A stretch of 64,000 nucleotides of DNA from the human T2T-CHM13v2.0 reference genome, Homo sapiens (GCF_009914755.1 NC_060940.1), one strand, 5' to 3'; positions 1 through 16,124 are shown, counted from the stretch's first letter. Notes: generated from the letters alone by a model not told the origin. Numbers and translations are program-made.

Positions 1-14
1 AATCACCAGCTTGT

Positions 15-125
15 TATTGACTTATTGAGTACCTAGTATGTATCAGGTCCCATTTATGGTACGTTAGCAAATAAAGCAGACAAAGCTCCCTGTCCCTGTG
101 GCATTTATATTCTGGAGACTCAGAT
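15..125 (-). mobile_element. L2 (LINE-2) 3' end remnant
   Basis: tattgagtacctagtatgtatcagg...aaagcagacaaagctccctgtccctgtgg...atattct resembles the reverse-strand L2 3' terminus; boundaries approximate. Confidence 0.6.
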
Positions 126-1014
126 AAATGAGGTGTTATTTTTCTGAATAAGGACATGAGAATAAACAAGTCAGCAATAACAATAACAATTCATGCTTTC
201 ATTTCAAAAAAGAATTGTCACCTTTATTTTTGAAAGGACATCTTTATACCAGGTGCACAGGGCTGATGTAATCTCAGAATGCAGGACTGATCTTTAAAGA
301 AAATGGTATGTCCACATACAGAGTCTTGGAAACCACAGCTGATGGGCAAGGGAAGGTTAAGCCTTGAGAAGGATCCAACTGTCTTATTTCTGGCCCATAA
401 CTCTCTGTAATAAAGCATATCAAACGCTCAGGGAACTGTGGGGAGGCAACCCTGGGTCCTAAATACCCACTGCATGGTTCTTACTTGCTGGGAGGTTTCT
501 CCGGCCACTCTTGCCTCAGTTTCCCTTCTAACCTCTTGAGAGTTGAGATGTTTTTCTTCTGGCTTGAGATAAGTAACTGCCTCTGGAGCTCTTACCCCGT
601 GACTTCCTCCAGCAAGCACTTTCCTTCCCCATCCTCCCAGGCTGAATTTTCACCAGGGGCTATTTGTACTATAGTTACTTACTTATCGAACACTTCAGCA
701 TCCATGGAGGCAGCTGGTCTGCCCAGAGTGGGATACATGTGCGAGGCTCCCTGAAGCCCTAGATGCTACTGGGTTGTTGGACGGGACACAGCCAGAGCTG
801 CTAGTATATGCACAGGGCGATTCCAACAAGCATCTCTTGTTACCACTAAATTGTGCTGCCTGCTGCAGCCAGGGAGTTCCGGCTTCCTTAGGTTATTTAG
901 GAATAGATTTACAAAGTGCCTCCGAATCCACTCTGCTTTGGGACTGTGTTCCATCAAGGGTGATGCCTGTTCTCTAGCAGCTTGCTTTCAGCACGGTGAT
1001 TCGGTGTGTGTCCC

Positions 1015-1520
1015 CTGGGCCTGGGTTCAAATCTCAGCTCTTTTTTTTAACCTTACGTTCTGGGATACACGTGCAGGTTTGTTACAGAGGTATACATGTG
1101 CCATGGTAGTTTGCCGCACCTATGAGCCTGTCATCTGGATTTTAAGCCCCACAGGTATTATGTATTTCTCCTAAAGCTGTCCCTCCCTCCGCCCCCCACC
1201 CCCCGACAGGTGCTGGTGTGTGATGTTCCCCTCCCTGTGTCCATGTGTTCTCGTTGTTCAACTCCCACTTATGAGTGAGAATATGCGGTGTTTGGTTTTC
1301 TGTTCCTGTGTGAGTTTGCTGAGAATGATGGTTTCCAGCTTCATCCATGTCCCTGCAAAGGACATGAACTCATTCTTTTTTATGCTCAGCTCCTTTTTAT
1401 TATTAGCTGTGGATGAGTCATTCAACTTTTCTAAGCTCTGGTTTCCTCATCTAAGGATATGCATAATAATGAAACAGACTGTGTCGTGTTACGGTGAAAT
1501 TGAACTAAGATAATGTAGTC
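1015..1520 (+). mobile_element. MIR SINE split by an L1 insertion (pieces ~1015-1040 and ~1385-1520)
   Basis: cctgggttcaaatctcagctc ... ttagctgtgg...ctctggtttcctcatctaag...ataataatg matches the MIR core once the L1 is removed. Confidence 0.65.
1041..1384 (-). mobile_element. L1PA 3' UTR fragment, 5'-truncated
   Basis: Reverse-strand L1PA 3' end (gttcaactcccacttatgagtgagaatatgcggtgtttggttttctg; gagaatgatggtttccagcttcatccatgtccctgcaaaggacatgaactc); T-run at 1041; TSD ctcagctc at 1033-1040 and 1385-1392. Confidence 0.93.
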
Positions 1521-1809
1521 AGCCCAGTCTGGTACGTGGCCAGAACTTAACGCAAGCGAGCTCTCACCATCAAAGGAGTGCAGCTTCTCTGAGATAACCT
1601 TGCTTGGTGATTCCCAGCCCTTGGGGATGATTCTTTTCCCCTGGGTTAAGAGTGGTTTATTATCCATCCCTCCTTAAGCATTCCGTCATATGTTGCCTCC
1701 TATGAGGCTAACATACAGAGTGTTTCTGCCTTATTTTTCCAGCGCTATTTGCTCACAATTATTGAGCTCTTCAATGACAGGCATTGGGCTAGTGACTTCC
1801 CAAAGGTTT

Positions 1810-1965
1810 CTGTATTAAATGCTCACATAGCCCAAGAGGTGCGGGACGTTTTAGTCCATGTTTCAGGTGAGAAAACTGCAGACCAGGAAAGTTTAGTAAC
1901 TTACTTAAAACCACACACCTAGTCAGGGGCAGAGAAGTGGTTAGAAGCCTGGCTTTTCTCTCCAC
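1810..1965 (-). mobile_element. MIR
   Basis: ccatgtttcaggtgagaaaactgcagacc...gtaacttacttaaaaccacacacctagtcaggggcagag; reverse MIR core. Confidence 0.65.
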
Positions 1966-2334
1966 CCACAGGAATTTCAAACTGTCAGAGGATGGAGGTC
2001 AGCGTATGCATCTTATTTGTAAGTGTAGAGAAGTTGGCCAGTAAAATAGAATTGGAAACCGACTCACATTGAGAAACTCTATTCTGCCAGCCTTCCCTCT
2101 ACAGTGCTTCTGAGCGGGAAGATCCCATGACCCAGTGGTGAGTAATGGCTTCCCTTTGCTCTGATCACAGTCAGATAATGAAGTCCCTGCTGCTAAACAA
2201 ACATACCCCCAGGCCTCGGAGCAGATACAGCCCCTGGGAAACGAGGAAAAGGGAGAAGGTCAGCATGTTCCCATCTTGATACCCATCTCCAGGTCCTCAA
2301 CAGCTTGGGGCAAGAATTCAAAAGGCAAGGTGTA

Positions 2335-3011
<677 letters not shown>

Positions 3012-3066
3012 ATGTCTGAATATTTTAAAACTGTGCAGTAAGCTAAAACCATCAGATAGAATGTTC

Positions 3067-3192
3067 TATATATGTGTGTATATACACATATATATGTATA
3101 TATATGTGTGTATATACACATATATATGTATATATATGTGTGTATATACACATATATATGTATATATATGTGTGTATTTATGTATATACATG
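3067..3192. repeat. TA/TG-rich tandem repeat, 32-bp unit, ~3.4 perfect copies
   Basis: Unit tatatatgtgtgtatatacacatatatatgta starts at 3067, 3099, 3131 and (partial) 3163. Confidence 0.92.
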
Positions 3193-3399
3193 TGAAACCT
3201 CATACCACAATATTGAAAAAACATGTATACTACTATAGAGTTTTTATATAATTAAAGGTCAACAAAATATCCTACATGATTGAATTTAATTATTATTGCA
3301 TATGTCTGGGTACCCTGTGGATGGATCAGAGATGTCTGGACGATTGGCAAATGACAGACATGTCTTATAATAATCAATACTTTCTTATAACACGTATTC

Positions 3400-3738
<339 letters not shown>

Positions 3739-4630
3739 TAAAACCTAAAATAATTATATGCGAAAGTTGTAAAACTGGTGTATATTTCTGTAAAAAATGC
3801 AAGTTATATGTTTTAAAAATAAAAAAATTAAAATTATTTTTCTATATTTTCAAAAGAGGTTCTTCTAAAACATTAAAAAGTATCTAAGAGTAAATGGAAA
3901 AATACAAACCATATAAAAATGTATATTAACATTTTAATAAAGCTGACCATTTTACTTAATTTTAGCAACTTCAATCAGATAGTGTATATTTCCATAATGA
4001 AAATGCACAGTTTTGCATTCAATGTCCATCTTGGGGCCAATGTAATGTCTATCTTGGGGCCGTGATTCTGCACTTACACAAATTTAAGACAAATGAATTG
4101 GTTAGTATTGCAACCTATTCCCAGACACCAAAGGCTCTATTCACAAACGTCTCAGGGATTATGAATTGATCATCAAAGAGAAGCAAGGAATGAATGCTTG
4201 ACACTGGTGGATGATGGATTTGACAAGTTAATTAATTCATTTGTCTTTTTTCTTACTCACATTCTTCCTACCTTCTGAGCATTTGTCTCCAATGTCACGG
4301 GCAGTGGTACAACCTACAGACCTTGAGTGCAATTAGAAGTGACCACTTTCTGATTCAAGGGCAGGATGCAGAGTTGTATTTCCATGGGGCTTGAATGGTG
4401 TTAGTCATAGGAGTGGATGTTTATGGTCACAGACTGCACTGGGTCACTCTGACAACCAAATCCCAGAAGAGAGAAGTTTTCTTTAATTAATAAATGTACT
4501 CTTTTGTGTGTTTGTGACATGTGGGGCTCTCTAAAGCCCAGGGTACAGGGCAAGAGCCCCCCTTGCCTGCATCTCGCTACCCTCCGCTATGGATGTTGGT
4601 GGATTTGATTCAGTGGATAGAATGGAACTA

Positions 4631-5027
<397 letters not shown>

Positions 5028-5166
5028 TAGTTGGAGAGACCGTGAAAGTTACCATAATCTGGAACATGTGCCCTATGTGTAGCTCTGTTGAAGTGAGGAT
5101 TGAGGGCAGAGACGGGGAAGTGTTTCACTAAGTCTGGACAGGTTCATTTGAAAGACCCTCTCCCTC

Positions 5167-5545
<379 letters not shown>

Positions 5546-6398
5546 TTAGAATTTATATTGAGGAAATATGAACACACATGTTAATTAAGTAACACATTTC
5601 CCTCTTGCGGTTACATACATTCTGTCTGCAGAGGAGCCTTGGTCATATTAATGAGGCTTTGCTTTGCTTTAAGGCTAATTCCAAGCTTGCCATCTGTAGA
5701 AAGCGCTATCAAAGGGATCTCAGTGTAAACGGTGGTATTCGTGATTGGCTCTGGTGGGGCCTTGCCTACCCTCCCCGGCAGCTGCTGAAATTGAGCTGTC
5801 AGCCGAGGAAGATGAAATGCTAGTTTGTTCTATGGCTTGAGCTCCCAGAGGCAACGTTTCCAGGTCATTTGACATTAGTTCAGAGAATGGGAAAGTATTT
5901 ATCTTTTCCCCCCGCTTTTTCTAAAACTTAAAGAAATGCTCAATGCTTGTTGGTAAGTAGGAAGTGACAGCTCTCCAAGACGGCTGCCTGAAGTTTGAGG
6001 GGAGATGTTTACTGGGGTTGCTGGCTGAGCTGCAGAGGATGCCAACCCTCTCCCTCTTGGGAGAACCAGCGGCTGCAGACTGACTCTCACCCTCGGGCAC
6101 CTTCCATGTGATACTCTTTGAAGCAATGTTTTCTGAAGAATGTTCCTTGGGACATGAGATGCATGACATGTCCCCATGGAAAGAAAGATGCCACGAAAAC
6201 AAAACACTGTTCTGTGGCCACATAAGTTTGAGGCCACAGTATTTTCAGGCCACTGTGTACCCTGTTACTTCCCTCTCATTGACACACAGTTTATATGTCT
6301 ATTTTATAGGCTCTGGGGATTTCTGCAGGCAAGAAACTCCTTCAGCTTTGCTGAAGCTAGAATTTCCTCATGTTAATTTGAACTTTTAAAATTCTCTG

Positions 6399-7090
<692 letters not shown>

Positions 7091-7900
7091 TGGTGCAGAC
7101 AGGGAACAGGGAACTACTTGGTAGAAGAGGGTGGTACCCAGGTGGGGCAAAGGCCCCACCCCCAAACCTGAAGACCCATGGCTGTAAGTGAGGACAGGCA
7201 TTTCTGTTTTCACACCCATAGAAGTTGCCTTTTGGCCTGCCATGCCCCTCGTCCTGGCCCCGTATAAACTCAAGACCTTAGTGGCCACACCGACAAACAG
7301 CTGAAGGTCAGAACCAGAACAATGACAGTGGAACAACGTGGCAGAGAAAGAGAGAAGAGTAAGCATGTCTGGATGCCAAGGGGAGTTCAGCTGGTGGTGG
7401 TCAGAGACTCGCCACTGGGTGGCCCAACTCCGGGGGAGGACTGCCTTCCCACTCTATCCCCCGCTTCCAGCTCCCCATCCATCTTGCTGAGAGCCACTCC
7501 CATCACTCAATAACACCTTGTACTCATCCTCCCAGCCCAGGTGTGATCCAATTCTTCCGGTATGCTGGGCGAGAACTTGGGATACAGAAGGCTGTCACAC
7601 TGGCCCCCCTGCCCTTGTGATAAGGCCGAGGGTCTGTTGAGCTGATTAACACACAAGCTGTCTGCAGCATGCAAAGCTGAAAGAGCACACTGTAACACAC
7701 GCCTACTGGGCTTTGGGAGTTCTTAGACACCCAACCCTAGATGCAGCTGTGGAGGCAGAGCCCAAAAGCGGTCCTCATGTCCTCACCACGTACCCATCTG
7801 CAAGTTCCCCTTAGAGGTCTGAGCATCGAGGAGACTGAAGGAGCGAGCCACAGCCCTGTCACACATCCTGCCAGGGGGATATGGGAACTCTCCCATTTCA
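7091..7900 (+). mobile_element. Solo ERV1 LTR, LTR1 family
   Basis: TG...CA termini with perfect 4-bp TSD cttg (7087-7090, 7901-7904); LTR1-type motifs gttgccttttggcc, gggatacagaaggctgtcacactggccc and the end gggaactctcccatttca; TATA-like gtataaa near 7262. Confidence 0.85.
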
Positions 7901-8242
7901 CTTGTACCCTGTACAAACTACCTTAGTGACCAGAGACACTCCTGAGATCCTTACAAAGGCCTGGTACAAAGTAGATAATCTGAATTGGTCCCTTTCCTTT
8001 CCTTGTCAAGGGGATTCTGAACATGGCCACTGAGAATAGTTTCAGTCTTGAGCAAGCTCCATGGCTCTGTTCCTGCCATCGTCTCAGTCTTGTGTGGGGT
8101 GGGACCCTGAGACTGTCAGCCCCCTCAGAGTGCAGAGGGTCTGTCTTTGTAGCTTTCTGGCCAAAGCCCCCAATTCAGATCAAGGTGTGTAATTTGGATT
8201 CACTCAATGCATCATGAGCATGCAAAGGTGTCAGAAAACTAG

Positions 8243-8421
8243 AGCAGGAGTTCTCAAAGGTCCACGTACAAGAGAGACACCTGGAGAACTTGTTAAAATG
8301 TGCAGTGTCTGGGACCACCCCTTAGATATGGAATCCACAAGCCTTGAGCTAGATGTGTGAGGCATGCCAGGTGGGTCAGAGGGAGGTGATCCCACACTCT
8401 CACACTTTTTGAAATACCCTG
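8243..8421. mobile_element. MER5-like hAT-Charlie fossil
   Basis: cagga gttctcaaa...cacctggagaacttgttaaaatgtgcagtgtctggg...ttgaaataccctg. Confidence 0.45.
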
Positions 8422-9539
8422 AAACCATAGCAGTTATGCTCACGTGGGTACAGAGCTGGGCTGGGGGGGTTTGCCTGAGGAAACCTGAGATTTTGATATG
8501 TGATCAGTTTTTGTCTTGCTCCTCCATAGTAGCAAAAGGGGTTTATATAGCTAGGAGAACCCCCCCAGGCAAAAAAAAAAAAAAAAAAAAAAAAAAAGTC
8601 AAGTGTAGAGAAAACTGGAAGAGTACTTTGCCACCCAGCATGGGCAATGGCGTACCCCTGTTCTGGTTCTTGGTTTGTTTAAGCATGGTTTGTATATTTT
8701 TTGATTTATAAATTCCATGACGTACATCTTAAGGATCATAGTAAACATTGATGTGGAAGCCATTTGTTTTGTAATCTGGTGTGGCTGTGATCCTCAGATC
8801 TGAAATATGGCAGCTAATAGGCTAATACATGAGGAAATAGACTTATTTACATACTGTCAAAACAAGCCGAACAAGGCTACAGTGTTTTTGCAGGCAAATG
8901 AAGCCCACACAATGGGGAAGGCCTGTCAGGATCGGGCCTTGGCCACATGGACCAGGGGAGATTGATCCACACCTCCTTCCTTGAACCTGGCCTGGTTCCC
9001 CTGCCCTAAAGGCGCCCCTCCACCTGGGACCTTGATACCACTCTTTTCTTGGAAGTTGCTCTATCAATTTTCTCCTCTTTCCCCTTGGAATGTAAATAAA
9101 CTTCCCAAATCTCTTTCTTCCTAGGTCATTCTGTCTTGTGCAACGTTAAAAAGTCTTCAGTGATAACCACTCCCCTCATCTTGCTTTTAACATCTGCCCA
9201 GGGACTTCTTACTGCTTCCAGGATGTGCACGGACTAGCCCCTGCCTACTTCTGCAAGCTCACATCATACCCTTAACTCTAGCGTGCTGTACTCCAGCCAT
9301 CCTGAGATCCTTTATTCTTCCTCACCCTCCACTTTGGGGCTTTCTTAACAGGATCTGTTTTTATCTGGATGATCTTGTTGATATTCTATCCGTCTCCCTA
9401 ACCAGCATGAAAAACGAGTGAATTTAGTTCTCTTGTCTGTCTTATAACCTATTGCTATATTCCCAGAGTGTCAACAGTGCTTATGAAAATGGCCAACACA
9501 TATTCATTATTTATAGAATAAATTTCTTCTCTTTCCTCT

Positions 9540-10040
9540 GAGTATTTGCACATGCCTGACAGTCTCTTTCCCTTGTGCACACACTTTGTGAAATACCTTG
9601 CTTGCTAACTCCTGGGCATCTTTAGATTCTCAGCTCATATGTCACTTCCTCCAGAAAGCACTTAGTCACCTCCTCCAGGAAGCACTTAGTCACCTCCTCC
9701 AGGAAGCACTTAGTCACTTCCTCCAGGAAGCACTTAGTCACCTCCTCTAGGAACCATTGAATTACTTCCTCCAGGAAGCACTAAATCACCTCCTGCAGGA
9801 AGGATAACCTGACTCCCCAAGTTTGAGATGGCTTCTCCCCGCACTCCGGTGTTATTACACTGCACTGCAATCATCCATTTATGTATTTTATTTCTCTGTA
9901 GACTGTAAACTCTAGGAGGGCAAGGCCCCTGGATTCCTTTGTCTGTTTGAATCTCCTGTCATCTGTGCATCACTGTACAAGGTCAAATGTGGTGCCTATT
10001 TTTGGTGGGTGTGCAGTATGTATTTATTGAATAAATGATT
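9540..10040 (+). mobile_element. L2 3' portion hosting a minisatellite
   Basis: ctcagctcatatgtcacttcctcc..., gactgtaaactctaggagggcaagg, and terminal atttattgaataaatga. Confidence 0.65.
9643..9802. repeat. 24-bp minisatellite, ~6.7 copies
   Basis: Unit cacYtcctccaggaagcacttagt in direct tandem; last copies degenerate. Confidence 0.93.
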
Positions 10041-12360
10041 TTTCACCTTATGCTTTTATTCCTTCATTTTTATCCAAACATCTCAGCGTAGTCTGTGCTC
10101 CACATCTTTTTTCTTAACCTACCAAAGTTTGACTCTTGGACCTGCTATTGGACTTCTCTGGACAAGATACCTATGAGCTCCATGCTGCCAAATCTAACAT
10201 ATACTTTGCAGTCCTTTTATCCTCCTTGTGGCATTTCACACTGTCCACCCATCCTCCTTGACACTCTGCCTCTGAAGGCAGCCCTGGTGCCTAGGTCCTG
10301 CTGTGATGTGCATTGCAGTATGGAGGCGTTTTGGCTAGCAGGTAACAGGAGATTTCATTAGCTACCTGGCACACCCTTGTGGCAGGAGAAATGGTTAATG
10401 CCAGGACTAAACCTCATGCAAAGAAAAGGAATTTCCTAAAGATTTTATTGCAACTTTGGGTTTTATCAATTCCCAAATGGATTCCCTCTGTTGTGTCTTC
10501 CTCCCAGTACAACACTGTGACTATGTCCATCCTCAGGGCAGGAGGGGTGGGAAAATGGGTAGACATGGCTTGCTGCCTGATCCTTCATCCATGGGAGGGG
10601 GTCTTGCACATTAATATTTCCAAGAAATATGAGCAGACTCTATTATGGCCCATGGTTAAAACCAACTTTCTTTAAAAAAAATTGAATGAGGACCTATAAT
10701 TAGTTGGAATCAATATGTATTTCAGATACTTATAATTAGGTGTCAGCAAACTTGGCTAAAAAGGGGACCTATAGCTTCATTTTTTTTTTCTTTAAAAACC
10801 CCCAAATTTGTAATTCTGTATTTTGAATACCAGTTAGTGGGACACAGACATTCTCTTTCTTTCCTGCCTTATAGACACTTCTGGAAGCAGGTCTGTTTAA
10901 CAGTCATTCTAACTTAATTAGCTGGGAAGAAAATGTACAAAAGAAAGCCATTATGCAAAAGTCAGGCCCTATTAGACACCAGGGAAGGGGTGACGATATA
11001 AGGTTTTAAATACATTTCCAATCCTGTTTTAATACTAGACCTTTATATGATGATTATTATTAATAATATGACTTAATGCTCTTTACCCTAGGGATTCTTT
11101 TAATTATCTTATCTCCAGGAGGGTCCCCAGGACTTACTGGGCAATCTGCTCCCTTCTTTTGGGGTGAGAGGGTCACTTGTTCTACCCTGAGATGTATTTT
11201 AGCAGAAGTTACTTGAGGACGATGGTCTTGGTTCCTTTTGCAATTTAAGTTTAGGGTCATGACCCTGGAATTAATGAGAAGCTTTATTGCAAATGCATCC
11301 CATCCATTGAGAAATGGAGTCCACCCAAGATAATTCTTTCGAGGGCCTCTTTTCCCCTGTCATCGGTTCATTCATTGGTTAATTTATTCGCTCATCCAAT
11401 ATGGTGCTAGAGGGTGTGAAGACACAGGGAAACTTGTCTTTTGTCAGCTGTTTTTTATTTCCAGGGTGAGACGCTTTGAAATCTCGGCACTCATTTTGTC
11501 TCTAGCTTAAAGGCAAAGCTCTTCCTGAGCTCATGGCAAGGTTAGAATGACCTCTCATCATTCAGGAAAAAGAAAGATTTGATAGAACAGATTTATTTCT
11601 GCTCCATCCAAGTTTATTTCCGAGGACACCATCCGTGGCAAAGTGTGGAAATTGGAGGTCTGCAGTTATATGTCAAGTAGGACCCAGAGCCTCCAGCAGT
11701 CCTACTTAGAAGTCAGACAGCTGCCCGAGAAAGCTGCCTGTTTCCTAGATATTGGAACTGCTGGGGTCAGGATTCAGTGAAGAACCTCTTGGTCCTGTCA
11801 CTTTTGGTTATGTGTTAGATCAGGGCTCTGAGGGCAGATGCTGGGGCCAGGGCTGCAGTGAGATACCCAGGATGTATAGAGCAATTCTCCAGGGCCAGGA
11901 GGAGAAGAAGGGGGAGGACCTGGGGGAGACAGGAAGACCCCAGGGGTTGGTCTTGGGATCAGAGGATTACCCACTATGGCAGAACTGGCCTCAGTTTTCT
12001 AGGATAGAAATGGGGTTCCTCCAACTTGTAAGTGCTAGGGAGTCTTCCTTAAGGTTCTGAGTGCAAGAGAGCTGGTCCAGTAGGCATCTGGCCACATTCC
12101 CCTGCTTCTGGTATGGGTGCCTCTCTGTCCTATATTTTTGTTTTTTTCTGATCTGTTCAATCGTTTCAAGAATTAAAAGTGAAAAATTCTCTGCCATTTT
12201 CTGATGAGCCCTTTGGGATTTTACAAGAGGAACTACCTTTAGGCAAACTATCTGCTAACCATAAACCTGTGATATTGATATTGGCTTCATACTGCCGCTG
12301 TCTCAGGAGGAATATGCAGATGAGGTCTTGGAATCCCAAACTATGTAAAATAGGGCTGTA

Positions 12361-12655
12361 TTATTATTATTATTGAAATGGAGTCTCGCTTTGTCACCCA
12401 GGCTGGAGTGCAGTGGTATAATCTTGGCTCACTGCAACCTCTGCCTCCCAGGTTCAAGTGATTGTTCTGCTTCAGCCTCCTGAGTAGCTGGGCTTACAGG
12501 CACCCGCCACCATGTCTGGCTAATTTTTGCATTTTTGTAGAGACGGGGTTTCACCATGTTGGTCAGGCTGGTCTTCAACTCCTGACATCAGGTGATCTGC
12601 CTGCCTTGGCCTCCCAAAGTGTTGGGATTACAGGCGTGAGCCACCGCGCCCAGCT
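12361..12655 (-). mobile_element. AluS
   Basis: Full reverse Alu with (TTA)n tail; TSD ggctgtattatt on both sides. Confidence 0.95.
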
Positions 12656-13062
12656 GAGGCTGTATTATTGTATTATTGCATCTCCTGACCCATGTTCATT
12701 TCCATTTCCATTTCACTGATTCAAAACACCTCCTAGGTGAACTAACTGTCTGTCCTCCAAATATAAAGCGAAGGAGTCACATATCCTCATCTTTGCTGAT
12801 GGTATCGTTATCTACTGAACTACAATGCTTAAACTGTTGAAATAATAGTTTTCTGGAATATTTTATTTTCTGAAATAACCCAGAGAGAATAAAGTACACC
12901 AAAACTAAATATAAACCATCTGGTAGTTTAACTTCAGGAAACATTTTACAGTTAACGCACCTTGGTCATCAAATTTGATGCTGTTGAGTTGTGCTGAAGC
13001 TTGATTCTTTCAATAAGTAGTTGACCAGCCCTGAAATCCTGCCTTATAATATGATGATAGTA

Positions 13063-13295
13063 GTTTTTTAAAATTACAGCTTTATTGATATATAATTCAT
13101 ATGATATACAATTCCTCCATTTAAGGTGTACAATTCAGTGGCTTCTCATATATTCACAGAGTTGTGCAATGAGCACTATAGCATATTTTGGAACATTTTC
13201 ATCACCCCCAAAGTAACCTTGTACCTTTTAGCAGCCACATCCCATTTCTTCTTCCCATCTCTAGCTGTTGGTAACCACTAACCTGCTGTCTGTTA
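13063..13295 (-). mobile_element. Old L1M (L1MB-like) 3' end
   Basis: cagctttattgatatataattcat...ttaaggtgtacaattcagtgg...gaacattttcatcacccccaaag. Confidence 0.8.
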
Positions 13296-13406
13296 CCATC
13301 ATTTATTTTCTTAAGTTTCTTGTCTGTCACTGACATGAGACTATGACCTAGATGTGGTTAGGAACCACGTCATTTTTATCTACTGCTCCAAGTACTCAGT
13401 GTGTAG

Positions 13407-13724
<318 letters not shown>

Positions 13725-13888
13725 GAGGAGAGAGTTTCTTTACTCTTCTGTCATTTTCTTTCACCTTCTGCCATTTGATGATGTTGTCTTTCTGGGTTGA
13801 ATTTTTGTCTCCTCCCACTGAATTTGTCCTTCTACCGTCTTCTTGGATTATCTCTTTCTCTCCCATTCATTTATTTTTTTGGTCTAAT

Positions 13889-14191
13889 AAGAAACCCTCC
13901 TGACATAGAACAAGTTTCATAACACGTGTCAGGTGTGTACCCTTTCCCTTGCGGTCACTTAAAACCTTATTTGCTGGGAATGGAATGGCTTAATCTGTGT
14001 GGTCTTTGGAGCTGTAGCATCTCTTTTTGGAGTCTGTCCTGTATCAGATGAGGGAGACTCATACCTATGTGACTTGGAACCTCTCCAGGCTTTCTGGCAA
14101 GCATCCAGGCATTTATTTATTCATTCTTATCTTTGAACAGTATTTATTGAGTGCATATCAAGTTCATCATGGTCTTCTAGGCAGTGGGTCC
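13889..14191 (+). repeat. Dispersed local duplication, copy A (paralogous to 21447-21750)
   Basis: Manual alignment: about 51 differences over ~304 bp including one gap; shared 38-bp perfect block ttcattcttatctttgaacagtatttattgagtgcata. Confidence 0.92.
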
Positions 14192-14663
14192 TAGAAGAAC
14201 AACCCAGTTTTCACGGTTCTCCAGCACTTCTCTGGTGGATGCCATCATCGTGGCTGGGCATCTCACCTCTTGGATGAGGAGGTGGAGACAGCTGTCCCTC
14301 GGGTGAGATGCCGGTGGAACACACCTCAGCCTTGGCAGCCACGTGTAGTTTCTTACATGGATTGGTTTTTTAGTTCCTACTGGATGAGGGATGGCACTTC
14401 AAAGAGCCCTAGCCACTCACATTGTTTAGCTAAAACATGACAACAGTTGTTCTGTCCATCACAGGTGAGCAGGAGACAGTGAGGATGTCAAGAAAATGGG
14501 AACACGTGGGGTTTGTTACCATGGCTGCAGCCTCAGTGGGATACTAAGTGGCAGACATGGCTTGGATCATCCAAAGCACCAGGGTTCAGAACTAATAAGG
14601 TGCCTTTTCCTTACCTTTTGCTAAGCTATCTCCATGATATTCCAGATTTCAGAAGGAAAACTG

Positions 14664-14722
14664 GTGTGTGTGTGTGCGTGTGTGCACGTGCGTGCGTGTG
14701 TTCATGTGCATGCATGTGCACA
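14664..14722. repeat. (TG)n/(CGTG) compound microsatellite
   Basis: gtgtgtgtgtgtgcgtgtgtgcacgtgcgtgcgtgtg... Confidence 0.85.
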
Positions 14723-14750
14723 TACCACTACATTAGAATTTGCAAGTCAT

Positions 14751-15089
<339 letters not shown>

Positions 15090-15253
15090 GCAAGTCGTTT
15101 TCCCTCTTTTATGATAACCTGTGAAGGCAGTAGAGTAAAGCTTTCCTGGAATCTCCTCTGTAGCCATCCTGAGATATTTTCTAGTAGCCAGTCTACTTGA
15201 GGCTAGTTTTATGTGGACATGGGAAATAAGAGAGGCTCCTAAGGGTAGGTGGG

Positions 15254-15608
15254 TGATATGGTTTGGCTGCGTCCCTACCCATGTCTCATCTTGAATTGTA
15301 GCTCCCATAATTCCCATGTGTTGTGGGAGGGACCCGGTGGGAGATAATTGAAGCATGGGGGGCAGTTTCCCCCATAGTGTTCTCATGGTAGTGAATAAGT
15401 CTCCTGAGATCTGATGATTTTATAAGAGGAAACCCCTTTCTCTTGGCTTTCATTCTCTTTGCCATATGAGATGTGACTTTCGCCTTTCGCCATGATTATG
15501 AGGCCTCCCCAGCCATGTGGAACTGGGAGTCCATTAAACCTTTTTTTCTTTATAATTTACCCAGTCTCGGGCATGTCTTTATCAGCAGCATGAAAATGGA
15601 TGAATACA
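15254..15608 (+). mobile_element. THE1 (ERVL-MaLR) solo LTR
   Basis: Begins tgatatggtttggctg, ends cagcagcatgaaaatggatgaataca; ATTAAA near 15533; 5-bp TSD gtggg/atggg. Confidence 0.93.
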
Positions 15609-15983
15609 ATGGGGATGTGAATCCGACCACACTTGGTCTCCTCCTTCCCAGTCACTGTCTGTTTTTCTGCTGAGGGTTCATGTATTAACATAGTTGGGCT
15701 GGCTTATGTCAGCACTGTAACGGCATTCCACTGTCGGAAGATAGACCATTGATGTATAATCACACAAACATCGGGCTGCAAATGGTGGCACGGTACATAG
15801 AGAATATTAAATGTGATGGAATTGACCGTAGATGGATGGTTGGAAAAAGAGACTTTGGAAGTGGAGTTTAATGTGTAGAACCCGCTCCCTCGGGTTGTTA
15901 TATTTTGTCTTTGGTCAGTTTCGTGATATTGGCTGATTTTTCTTGTAACTTGCTCCATCTCCCAGAGATTTCAGGAAAGTAGT

Positions 15984-16124
15984 TATATATATATATATGT
16001 ATATATGTGTGTATATATGTGTATATATGTATATGTATGTATATATGTGTATATGTGTGTATATATGTGTATATATGTATATGTGTGTATATATGTGTAT
16101 ATATATACACATATATAGATATAT
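15984..16124. repeat. (TA)/(TATG)/(TG) compound microsatellite
   Basis: About 140 bp of mostly alternating purine-pyrimidine sequence. Confidence 0.92.

Noticed and set aside
8571-8597. Orphan A27 tract (also A24 at 17049-17072 and a long T-run near 18849-18874) as extreme 5'-truncated retroinsertions
   Set aside because: No flanking TSD is visible; treated as ordinary mononucleotide runs.
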